From positions 1 through 64,000 of the forward strand of contig JASTWF010000088.1 in NCBI GenBank assembly GCA_030390025.1: a stretch of DNA of 64,000 nt. Reading direction: 5' to 3'. Shown here in pieces: positions 49,105-59,867 of the stretch. A program made the position numbers and the translations under genes. The notes beneath the pieces were generated by a model. That model had not been told where the DNA came from. It made no database searches and saw only the letters and a list, made by a program, of their open reading frames with translations. This DNA is from Squalus acanthias. Its lineage: Eukaryota. Numbering within the stretch: position 1 is the stretch's first letter; each line of letters starts with the position of its first letter.

Positions 49105-49845
49105 GTCTGAATGGAGTAGATGAGCAAAGGAGTTTCGGGGAACAGATATACACAAATCATTTAAAGTAGCAACGCAGGTTAACAAAACCATTTTAAAAAA
49201 TGCATCTAAGCACTGGGGTTAATTTCTAGAGAATAAAATTGAAAAGCAGAGTAGTTATGTTGAATTGCATAGAATCTTAGTTAGATCATACTTAGAGTAC
49301 TGTGCACAGTTCTGGTTTCCATATTACAAAAAGAATATGGAGGCATTGGAGAAGGTGCAAAAAATAATTCAAGGATAATACCAGAAATGAGGGGTTAGAA
49401 CTATAAGGAAAGACAGAACAGGCTGGGGCTCTTTTCTCTAGAAAAGAGAAAGCTGGAGTGACCTAATAGAGGCCTTTAAAATTATGAATGGGTTTGATAA
49501 GGTAGACATAGAGAAAATATTTCCACTTGCATGGTGTCCAAAGCAAGGGACCATAAATATAAGATAGTCAGTAATAAATCCAATAAAGAATTCAGGAGAA
49601 ACTTCTTTATCCAGACAGTGGTGAGAATGTGGAACTTGCTACCACAGGGAGTAGTTGAGGCACATAACATCAATACATCTAAGAAGAATCTAGATAACGA
49701 CATGAGGGATAAAGGAATAGAAGGATATGCCGATGGGGTTAGATGAAGAAGGGTGGGAGGAAGCACGTGTTGACCATAAACACCAGCATGGATCAGTTGG
49801 GCCCAATGGCCTGTTTCTGTGCTGTAAATACTACGTTATTCTATG
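49105..49845 (+). mobile_element. Old CR1 3' fragment
   Basis: Degenerate LEYCAQFW / FRRNFFIQTVVRMWNLLP motifs and CR1-type 3' tail. Confidence 0.85.
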
Positions 49846-50180
49846 CAGACAGAAGGTCTTGCGATGCCTATAATGGGAGAGCAACATCTCGGCTGTAGCT
49901 CCTTTGTCAGAACGGAGAATTGCCAGGTAAGAGAGCTCTTTATTGGAAAATGAATGAAACGCAGGGAGAGAGATAATTGGTAGAATGGACAGGCAGCTTT
50001 TTGAAAGCTAGAAAGAGATGAAAACTGCTAAAGATCACCACAGTGAGGCAATTAAAAACATTAAAAGAAACTGAAAACAGTTGCATAAGAAAAAGAAGAG
50101 AAAATACTGGGACACCCAAAAGATTTCTTTATTTCACCCCTCGCTCATTCATTTATTTGAATGTAACTATTGAAATCAGT

Positions 50181-50290
50181 TCTGAAACGTTAACTCTGTT
50201 TCTCTCTCCACAGATGCTGCCTGACCTGCTGAGTATTGCCAGCATTTTCTGTTTTTATTTCAGATTTCCAGCACCCGCAGTTTTTGGATT
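50181..50290 (+). mobile_element. Penelope-derived terminal repeat fragment (GAAACGTTAACTCTG...CACAGATGCTGC)
   Basis: Near-identical to 53705-53785 and 63905-63990. The last of these is attached to a Penelope ORF. Confidence 0.75.
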
Positions 50291-50300
50291 TTGATTCATT

Positions 50301-50990
50301 TGGGGTGAGATTGGTCCACACCAGTCGCGTGAAACGGGCTCTTAGCGAATGGGCCGCCAGTTTTACACCGCGCCCCATTCTCTTCTCCAATTAAAAACAG
50401 GCGGCCCATTCTCTATTGGTCCACACCAGGAGTTTCACGCTCCAATTTCACCCCCAATGTTTGTAACCCGATTAATGAGAGAATGTAAAACTCCTCCTAT
50501 AGGGGGAGACATTGTAAAGCCACTGTGTTTATCACAGGATGAAGTTCAGCTTTGAATACTCTGCGTGAGTTTGGGTTAAACACTTGTCCCGGTAACCGCT
50601 GATCTCAGCCAAGCCATGCTCTGATTGACTACTGGTGTAATCTGGATTATCTATTCAAGCAGCAATTCAGGGCATTTTCAAGTGAAACCAGTTACTCAAG
50701 GGGATTCCCATTCTGTAATGATCTGGAGGAACTATCAGCTTCCCCAGTCACAAACTGCAGGAACAGACCGCATATTGAGACGCTGCCACAGTGTCTGAGT
50801 CTTTGTCACACTCTCTGCATTCATTGGGGTACAAATTGGACTTCAGCTGTAGAGCAAAACAGGCAATATTTTATTTCATCCCAGCCTCACTGACTCATTG
50901 AGCTCAATGGAAAAGAAAATGTGATGGCGTGTAAAACGGGCCGCTGATTCGCTATTGTCCATTTTGCACTACCGGCCAAAACAGATTTCT
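50301..50990. mobile_element. Degenerate MITE-like element with subterminal inverted repeats
   Basis: ~45-bp imperfect inverted repeat at ~50348-50392 vs ~50906-50950 (GTTTTACAC../..GTGTAAAAC). Confidence 0.45.
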
Positions 50991-51698
50991 ACATTTTCAC
51001 TGCCCCAAATCTGCTGATTTAAACTTTGTAGTTGATCAGATGGGGCTGATTTAATGGCATTATGCCCACTGCCAATGATGAGAATCAAAGTGACATGCCC
51101 ATTAATATTCATTAACTCATTCTGACCCTCCCAACCCATCACCTGTACAACCAGTGTCAGAAAAACATCAGAATTTCTCAATCGATAATGGTCTGACTCG
51201 TTGTTGGATGTACTCGGGGTGGAGTGGGTTAGACCGACTCTAGTCATTCATCTCTTGGATTCATATCCAACCTCGACTAATAGGCTGAAGCTTTCTCCTG
51301 ACTGTTGTCTGCAATGGTCTATTCAAAGCTAGTGTGAACACTCTCACCCCAACTCTCAGCCTAAAACTGCACTAGTTCAGCGTTAGTGACAATCTCAACT
51401 CAAACAGGTTATAGGGGCCTAGAGTATCATCATAACTACCCATGAATAAGACATTTTCCTGCTAGGACTGCCGATCATAATTTTGGGCACAAATTGCTCG
51501 TCATTTCCCATCAAACTTTAATAGACAATAAAACGTCTGCAATGCACACCCAAATTTCCAATAGAAACTCCCAGTGAGTGAAGCTCATTCTTGGATACTG
51601 AAGACAAAAATCTAGGCCAGGATTCCTGGTGTGTGAAAAAAACATCATACTTGTGAGTCGGGGTAATCTTCTGATTTTAGGCAATGTAGCGCAGCTCG

Positions 51699-52410
51699 AC
51701 TCTGTATCTAACCCATGACACTGCAGAGGGAGCTTTACTCTGTATCTAACCCATGACACTGCAGAGGGAGCTTTACTCTGTATCTAACCCATGACACTGC
51801 AGAGGGAGCTTTACTCTGTATCTAACCCATGACACTGCAGAGGGAGCTTTATTCTGTATCTAACCCATGACACTGCAGAGGGAGCTTTATTCTGTATCTA
51901 ACCCATGACACTGCAGAGGGAGCTTTACTCTGCATCTAACCCATGACACTGCAGAGGGAGCTTTATTTTGTATCTAACCCATGACACTGCAGAGGGAGCT
52001 TTATTCTGTATCTAACCCATGACACTGCAGAGGGAGCTTTACTCGGTATCTAACCCGTGCTGTACCTGCCCTGGGAGTGTTTGATGGGACAGTGTAGAGG
52101 GAGCTTTACTCTATCTAACCCGTGCTGTACCTGCCCTGGGAGTGTTTGATGGGACAGTGTAGAGGGAGCTTTACTCTATCTAACCCGTGCTGTACCTGCC
52201 CTGGGAGTGTTTGATGGGACAGTGTAGAGGGAGCTTTACTCTATCTAACCCGTGCTGTACCTGCCCTGGGAGTGTTTGATGGGACAGTGTAGAGGGAGCT
52301 TTACTCTGTATCTAACCCGTGCTGTACCAGCCCTGGGAGTGTTTGATGGGACAGTATAGAGGGAGCTTTACTCTGTATCGCACTTGTGCTGTACCTGCCC
52401 TGGGACAGTT
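51699..52410 (+). repeat. Two-phase minisatellite: ~9 x 38-bp units followed by ~5 x 65-67-bp units sharing AGAGGGAGCTTTACTCTGTATCTAACCC
   Basis: Read directly from the sequence. Confidence 0.92.
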
Positions 52411-52856
52411 TTATGGGGAAGTGTGGAGGGAATCTGATCTTTGGTAGGCCATGTGTGCGACATTAATAGCAGGAGCTGAGGGTGAGGCAGGGCTGGCAGT
52501 AAACAATTACACACCCACCAGAATTTATTGTCAGCACCAAAGGTTGAAGGAAACCTGTGTCTTTCCCTTTGCCTCTCGGTTTGGCCTGATTTGAGAGGAA
52601 GGAGGGATCGGGAAGGGCTGACAACAGAGACACTGTGAGAGTGACCCTTGAGCAAGAGGAGCACAATCCCTAACTCAAAACTGTGGCATTTTCAAACGCT
52701 GTGAGATTGTGATTTTCACTGACCAATTTCAGTGTCTGAGGCACCTGCCCCGCTTGTCTTACCTTATTCCCTGTGTAGTCAGCATCTTCAGCAGAGGGGA
52801 AGGGAGAAAAAGGCACCATAAAGGGGGAAGTTCTGGAGTATTTGACACAGACAGAC

Positions 52857-52945
52857 AGACTTGCATTTATATAGCGCCTTTCACGACCACTGGATGTCCC
52901 AACGCGCTTTACAGCCAATGAAGAAGTGTAGTAACCGTTGTAATG
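52857..52945 (-). mobile_element. L2/DeuSINE-type SINE 3' tail fragment
   Basis: CTTGCATTTATATAGCGCCTTTCACGACC..TTTACAGCCAATGAAG is the reverse complement of an L2-type tail (..GCGCTATATAAATGCAAG). Confidence 0.65.
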
Positions 52946-52985
52946 TTGAGATTCCACCATTTAGTGTCTGAAATCGAGTTTGAGA

Positions 52986-53170
52986 ATGGTTGATGAAAAG
53001 AAAACAGTTGCCAAGAAGGGCGCCAAAAAAACCATCACTAAAGCGCCAGCGAAGAGTGGTAAGAAGCGCAGAGAGTCGAGGAAGGTGAGTTACTCAATCT
53101 ACATCTACAAAGTGATGAAGCAGGTTCACCCGACACCGGCATCTCCTCCAAGGCCATGAGCATCATGAAC
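52986..53170 (+). pseudogene. H2B: Histone H2B 5' fragment (pseudogene) fused to a CR1 3' end
   Basis: [48 protein letters not shown]-(1-bp deletion)[13 protein letters not shown], then an abrupt switch to CR1. Confidence 0.92.
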
Positions 53171-53635
53171 TAGATTGATTCCTGGGATGAGAGGGCTGTC
53201 CAATGAGGAGAGATTGTGTAGAATGGGCCTATACTCTCTGGAGTTTAGAAGAATGAGAGGTGATCTCATTGAAACATACAAGATTCTGAAGGGGATTGAC
53301 AGGGTAGATGCTGAGAGCTTGTTTCCCCTGGCTGGAGTGTCTAGAACTAGGGGGCATAGTCTCAGGATAAGGGGTAGGCCATTTAAGACATAGATGAGGA
53401 GGAATTTCTTCACTCAGAGGGTTGTGAATCTTTGGAATTCTCCACCCCAGAGGGCTGTGAATGCTGAATCTTTGAGTATCTTCAAGCCTGAGATAGATTT
53501 TTGGACTCTAGGGGAATCAAGGGATATGGAGATCGGGCGGGAAAGTGGAGTTGAGGTTGATGATCAGCCATGATCTTATTGAATGGCGGAGCAGGCTTGA
53601 GGGGCCGTATGGCTCTTATTTCTTATGTTCTTATG
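53169..53635 (+). mobile_element. CR1/HER1 LINE 3' end
   Basis: IPGMRGLSNEERL..RRMRGDLIETYKIL; 3' UTR GATCAGCCATGATC and TTCTTATGTTCTTATG tail. Confidence 0.93.
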
Positions 53636-53684
53636 AACTTTATCCCATTACATTTAACCTCATGATGGACGGTTCTGATCAATA

Positions 53685-53785
53685 CTGATGAAAGGTCATC
53701 AACCTGAAACGTTAACTCTGTTCTCTCTCCACAGATGCTGCCGGACCTGCTGAGTGTTTCCAGCATTTTCTGTATTTATTTCTGA
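53685..53785 (+). ncRNA. Solo Penelope terminal repeat carrying a minimal hammerhead ribozyme core
   Basis: CTGATGA-A-AGGT-CATCA-ACCT-GAAAC-GTTA: CUGAUGA, helix II (AGGT/ACCT), GAAA and palindromic AACGTT helix III. Confidence 0.72.
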
Positions 53786-54054
53786 TGAATTCTGTTAAAT
53801 TAAACAGAATGGATGTGGTGCTTTCCGCTCGACCTCTTAGCTGGGAATATGGAATGTGCATGGAGAAGAGCAGGAGGCACTGGAGAGAGAGTAAAACCAT
53901 TAACAGAAACTGTTCGGGTCAATACAGATAAACACATATCTCTTCATATCCAAACATCTCTACTTAAAAAAGATCTTCATTTCACTGCAATTATTTCTGA
54001 AATAAAGCAAGCTCAAGGCTCATTCAGTGAAATTCAGAGCAGGCTTGCATTTCA

Positions 54055-54097
54055 CCTGGAAACAGCTGATGAGGGAGATCTCAGTTTGTGATTGGCT
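54055..54097 (+). promoter_or_regulatory. MHC class II promoter X/X2 and Y boxes
   Basis: X-like CCTGGAAACAGCTG (54055-54068) overlapping X2-like TGATGAGG. Y box GTGATTGGCT (54088-54097, inverted CCAAT). 19-bp X-Y spacing, ~150 bp upstream of the ATG. Confidence 0.8.
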
Positions 54098-54249
54098 TAT
54101 TAACCCTCAGCCACACGTCAATTACAGAGTGATACTTCTGTAAAGTGAGTGAGATAGAAACTTCACTTCAGAGAGAAACTGACAGCAGATTAAGAGGAGC
54201 TGGCACTGGGTGAAGACTGATCGCACTTGGGAGACTCGAGAGGATCAGA

Positions 54250-54316
54250 ATGGAAGCTGGACATTACTTTACTGTGTTCGCGCTGGTTTTAATACACGGA
54301 GCTTGGGCTGGGAAAT
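54250..54316 (+). CDS. DAA: MHC class II alpha chain, exon 1 (signal peptide MEAGHYFTVFALVLIHGAWAGK)
   Basis: Hydrophobic leader ending at a phase-1 donor T|GTGAGT. Joins in frame to exon 2 (T+AT = Tyr). Resembles shark class II alpha leaders as I recall them. Confidence 0.9.
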
Positions 54317-54349
54317 GTGAGTTATTAAATAATAAAAAGTAATATAGAT

Positions 54350-55830
54350 TCTAAATATTATTAATAATCCTGATCTCACTGGGGTCGGTGTGGTGTTATT
54401 ACAGGGAGTGCAGGCTGTGAGTTATTATATTATATTAATAATCCTGATCTCACTGGGGTCGGTGTGGTGTTATTACAGGGAGAGCAGGCTGTGAGTTATA
54501 TTATATTAATAATCCTGATCTCACTGGGATCAGTGGGGTGTTATTGCAGGGAGTGCAGGCTGTGAGTTATTATATTATATTATATTAATAATCCTGATCT
54601 CACTGGGGTCGGTGTGGTGTTATTACAGGGAGTGCAGGCTGTGAGTTATTATATTATATTATATTAATAATCCTGATCTCACTGGGGTCGGTGTGGTGTT
54701 ATTACAGGGAGGGCAGGCTGTGAATTATTATATTATATTAATAATCCTGATCTCACTAGGGTCGGTGTGGTGTTATTACAGGGAGTGCAGGCTGTGAGTT
54801 ATTATATTATATTATATTATATTATATTATATTATATTAATAATCCTGATCTCACTGGGGTCGGTGTGGTGTTATTACAGGGAGAGCAGGCTGTGAGTTA
54901 TATTATATTAATAATCCTGATCTCACTGGGATCAGTGGGGTGTTATTACAGGGAGTGCAGGCTGTGAGTTATTATATTATATTATATTAATAATCCTGAT
55001 TTCACTGGGGTCGGTGGGGTGTTATTACAGGGAGAGCAGACTGTGAGTTATTATATTATATTATATTAATAATCCTGATCTCACTGGGGTCGGTGTGGTG
55101 TTATTACAGGGAGTGCAGGCTGTGAGTTATTATATTATATTATATTATATTATATTAATAATCCTGATCTCACTGGGGTCGGTGTGGTGTTATTACAGGG
55201 AGAGCAGGCTGTGAGTTATATTATATTAATAATCCTGATCTCACTGGGGTCAGTGGGGTGTTATTACAGGGAGTGCAGGCTGTGAGTTATTATATTATAT
55301 TATATTAATAATCCTGATTTCACTGGGGTTGGTGGGGTGTTATTACAGGGAGAGCAGACTGTGAGTTATTATATTATGTTATATTAATAATCCTGATCTC
55401 ACTGGGGTCGGTGTGGTGTTATTACAGGGAGTGCAGGCTGTGAGTTATTATATTATATTAATAATCCTGATCTCAGTGGGGTCGGTGTGGTATTATTACA
55501 GGGAGTGCAGGCTGTGAGATATTATATTATATTAATAATCCTGATCTCACTGGGGTTGGTGTGACGTTATTCCAGGGAGTGCAGGCTGTGAGATATTATA
55601 TTAATAATCCTGATCTCACTGGGGTTGGTGTGGTATTATTACAGGGAGTGCAGGCTGTGAGTTATTATATTATATTATATTATATTAATAATCCTGATCT
55701 CACTGGGGTCGGTGTGGTGTTATTACAGGGAGTGCAGGCTGTGAGTTATTATATTATATTATATTAATAATCCTGATCTCACTGGGGTCGGTGTGGTGTT
55801 ATTACAGGGAGTGCAGGCTGTGAATTATGT
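54350..55830 (+). repeat. Intron-1 minisatellite, ~19 units of ~69-94 bp (constant core plus variable (TATTA)n)
   Basis: AATAATCCTGATCTCACTGGGGTCGGTGTGGTGTTATTACAGGGAGTGCAGGCTGTGAG(TTATA)n repeated. Confidence 0.95.
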
Positions 55831-56035
55831 TGTGCTATCGGTGTGTGCCTCGATTCTCTTGTATTCGGTGCGCCCAAATGATTTCACAGAAGTTTACGGC
55901 TCAGAAGGAGGCCATTGGGCCCATCGTGTCTGTGTCGGCTATTTAATAGTCAAAGGAACAGGAAATTCTTTCCTCAGAATCTTTTATGTTTAAATCGTCC
56001 TGGATTTCCCACTCAAGTGAAATCCTGAAAATTAA

Positions 56036-56841
56036 GGGCCCGATTTTGCGGTCAGCAACGAAGGAACGGCACACGCCGTTCATTACGCTTACAGCTGCCC
56101 ACAGAATATTCGTGGGCTTTTGCACAGCAACTTATGGCCATTTCAGGGTGGCGCCCTCTACATAGGATCTGTGGCATAACTGAACAGGACAAGAAACAGC
56201 ATTTCTCTTCAACCAATCAGATTGAAGAATCCTCACTGCCAAGCAGAATCTAAACCAGGAAGTGTCATTTAGAGTATTTAATTCAATGTAAAATCATGTA
56301 CAGAAAGCAAAATTAAGAGAGGGAAAGAAAGATGGGATCACGATAGAGAGATAAAAGAGACAAAAAGAAAAAGTAAAAAAAATTTTTTTTTAATATCTCC
56401 AACAATAATTAAAATCTGAAGGAATGACACTCCAAGCTTGTAAAAGTAAATTTTCAGTGCCAAAGAGGTTGTTTGGTAGTAATTAAGACTTCTCACCATG
56501 CATTAAAAGAAACAGGCCACGCAGAACAAGGAGCAGCTGTTAAAAGGGTACTTACACTGGAATGGACCTGCCCTAACTTTCTCTGGCGTGTTTAGTGTGT
56601 ATCTAGTGGGTAAATACAGCAACGTCACGCCCTTCATGTGTTTCAATGCCGAGTCTCTCGGCGAGGTACCGGTGTAGCGCAGCTTGTGGAGGAGCAGGGC
56701 AACTCGGACAGCAACTTCCTGATTTCCTGAATTCCGGGTTTAACTGTGCGTGTGTGGAGGCCGGAATTTGCTGTCTGATCTCTTCCTCAATAACGGTGAG
56801 TGCTGATGGCCTACTGTTATTCCTACCACAAAATCCGGGCC
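56036..56841. mobile_element. Harbinger-like MITE in intron 1
   Basis: Imperfect 17-bp TIRs GGGCCCGATTTTGCGGT / ACCACAAAATCCGGGCC (14/17 match). Confidence 0.55.
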
Positions 56842-57321
56842 AATGTGATAAAACACAATTCGCATTCACTGATGAAAGTGAGTTAATCGTGCAACAATTT
56901 CCGGGAGGAGCCTAAATTTAATATTGGCAGCAAGCTCCGAGCTACATGAGCACGATTGATTGGGAGATTGTCATTTGAGGAGGCAGGAAATGGCATTGAA
57001 AGGCCTGCAGCAGCTTAAAGGGGACACCACACCTAAAACTGATTTGGAAGCAAAATATAACTTGTGATAGTTAAAAATATTTTTAAGGGCTACAGGAGGG
57101 CCTAAAGCTCCAAGGATTTTAGAAGAATCTGTTATAAAGTGCTTCTGAATGGGGTTAGGCAGTGGGAGCGTGACATTATTTAGAATGGATAAAGGCCCCT
57201 GTAATAAATGTATGTCTTGTTGTAGATACCTTCTCAGGTACAGTAGTGCCAGTCGGTTGCCTTTGTGGTCTGAGCATTTTATTTTTATGGGAGTTGAATC
57301 ATACTGCCCTATATCTACTTG

Positions 57322-59360
57322 AACACACGGTGCCCCCCCAATAATGGAACACCCGGTGCCCTACCACCCAATAATGGAACACCCGGTGCCCACCCCTCAA
57401 TAATGGAACCTCCGGTACCGCCAGCCCCAATAATGGAACACCCGGTGCCCCCCCAAAAAATATTGGAACACCCAGTGCCCACCCCCAATAATGGAACACC
57501 CAGTGCCCCCCCCAATAATGGAACACCCGGTGCCCCCCCCAATAATGGAACACCCGGTGCCCCCCCAATAATGGAATACCCGGTGCCCCCCCCAATAATG
57601 GAACACCCGGTGCCCCCCCCAATAATGGAACACCCGGTGCCCCCACTATAATGGAACACCCGATGCCCCCCCAATAATGGAACACCCAGTGCCCCCCCTA
57701 TAATGGAACACCCGGTGCCCCCCCAATAATGGAACACCCTGTGCCCCCCCAATAATGGAACACCCGGTGCCCCCACCCCCAATAATGGAACACCCGGTGC
57801 ACCCCCCCCCAATAATGGAACACCCGGTGCCCCCCCAATAATGGAACACCTGGTGCCCCCCCCCCAATAATGGAACACCCGGTGCCCCCCCAATAATGGA
57901 ACACCCGGTGCCCCCCAATAATGGAACACCCTGTGCCTCCCAATAATGGAACACCCGGTGCCCCCCCAATAATGGAACACCCGGTGCCCCCCCAATAATG
58001 GAACACCCTGTGCCCCCCAATAATGGAACACCCGGTGCCCCCCCAATAATGGAACACCCGGTGCCCCCCCCCAATAATGGAACACCCGGTGCCCCCCCCT
58101 AATAATGGAACACCCGGTGCCCCCCCCCAATAATGGAACACCCGGTGCCCCCCCCCTAATAATGGAACACCCGGTGGCCCCCCCCCAATAATGGAACACC
58201 CGGTGCACCCCCAATAGTGGAACACCCGGTGCCCCCCCCAATAATGGAACACCCGGTACCCCCACCCCCCAAAAATGGAACACCCACTCCCCCAGAAGAT
58301 GTAGGTGGGGTTTTAAATGAATATTTTGCTTCTCTGTTCACTATGGAGAAGGACGATGTAGGCATAGAAATCAGGCAGGGGGATTGTGATATACTTGAAC
58401 AAATTAGTATTGAGAGGGAGGAGATACTAGCAGTTTTAGCGGGCTTAAAAGTGGATAAATCCCCAGGCTCAGACGAGATGTATCCCAGGCTGCTGTGTGA
58501 GGCAAGGGAGGAGATTGCAGGGGCTCTGACAAAAATTTTCAGAACCTCTCTGGCCGCAAGAGGACTGGAGAACAGCTAATGTAGTACCATTATTCAAGAA
58601 GGGTAGTAGGGATAAACCAGGGAATTACAGGCCAGTGAGCCTAACATCAGTGGTAGGGAAATTATTGGAAAAAATTCTGAGGGACAGAATTAGTCTCCAC
58701 TTGGAGAGGCAAGGATTAATCAAGGATAGTCAGCATAGCTGAAGCGCTCCAGCACAGGTAACATCCTGGTGAATCTCCTCTGCACCCTCTCCAAGGCTGA
58801 GAGGGGACCTGATTGAGGTGTACAAAATTATGAGGGGCATCGATAGGGTAGATAGAAAGGAACATTTCCCCTTAGTAGAGGGGTCAATAACCAGGGGGCA
58901 TAGTTTCAAGGTGAGGGGCAGGAGGTTTAGAGGGGATTTGAGGGAAAACTTTTTCACCCAGAGGGTGGTTGGAATCCGGAACTCACAGCCTGAGAGGGTG
59001 GTAGGGGCAGGAACCCTCACAACATTCAAGAAGCATTTAGATGAGCACTTGAAACGCCATAGCATACAAGGCTACGGACCAAGTGCTGGAAAATGGGATT
59101 AGAATAGACAGGGCTTGATGGCCGGCACAGACACGATGGGCCGAAGGGCCTCTTTCTGTGCTGTTTCACTCTATGATTCTATGACCCTGTGCCCCCTAAT
59201 AATGGAATACCCAGAGCCGCCCCCCGCCCCCATTATGGAACACCCGGTGCCCTCCCCCAATAATGGAACAGCCGGTGCCCCCCCCCCCCTAATGGAACAG
59301 CCGGTGCCCCCCCCCCCCCTAATGGAACAGCCGGTGCCCCCCCATAATGGAACACCCGGG
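57322..59360 (+). repeat. Intron-1 minisatellite, ~27-32-bp unit AATAATGGAACACCCGGTG(C)n, interrupted by CR1 at ~58290-59183
   Basis: Read directly; the array resumes after the CR1 tail. Confidence 0.95.
58290..59183 (+). mobile_element. Rearranged CR1 fragment (internal deletion plus ~60-bp inversion at ~58735-58797)
   Basis: VLNEYFASLFT..KSPGSD..NYRPVSLTSVVGK..DSQH, then an inverted ALERVQRRFTRML segment, then LRGDLIEVYK to the CTATGATTCTATGA tail. Confidence 0.88.
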
Positions 59361-59589
59361 GTAGGCGGAGCGGGCTGGAGTAGTGCCGCCCCCGGTGGTG
59401 GAGGCATAGCCTATTGGCCTTTCAATGACCAGTTTTGTCGGAGGTCGGCAACCCCCAGAAGGTCTCTCTGGAGCCCGGGTTGAGCAGCAGTTCTGTGTCC
59501 GAGAGGCTGGTCCGCCGCTGCCGCTGTTGTTTGGTGGGGCTCGGGAGCCCGCTCTTCTCTCACACCTTCTCTCTCTCTCTCTCTTCCAG

Positions 59590-59838
59590 ATCTGTACGAT
59601 TTCTCGCAGGTGTATTTTGTCCAGCAGCAGAGCCCCGTCAAGCATTTCGATCTGTTGGAGGACGGGGATGAGGTTCTCTACATGGATTTCAACCTGAAGA
59701 AGGAGGTGGCGCGGATCCCCGAGTTTAAAGACCAGGCCATGCAGGGAGGAGAGGAGGCGATCTCTGGCAATATCGCCATCGTGAAACAGAATCTGAAGGT
59801 TGTCATGAACCTGTCGCGCGGGAGCCCGGAACCCAAAG
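59590..59838 (+). CDS. DAA: MHC class II alpha chain, exon 2 (alpha-1 peptide-binding domain)
   Basis: Polypyrimidine tract and TTCCAG acceptor; 249-nt phase 1-1 exon; donor AAG|GTGAG. Translation (Y)LYDFSQVYFVQQQSPVKHFDLLEDGDEVLYMDFNLKKEVARIPEFKDQAMQGGEEAISGNIAIVKQNLKVVMNLSRGSPEPK has class II alpha hallmarks DGDE..Y.D, R.PEF, NIA..K.NL and the NLS glycosylation sequon. Confidence 0.95.
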
Positions 59839-59867
59839 GTGAGAACCGGACCGCGCCGCTCCTCAAG

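Noticed and set aside
57299-58365. Gly-rich ORFs (GGAPGVPLL / HRVFHYW)
   Set aside because: Minisatellite translation with variable C-runs that shift the frame.
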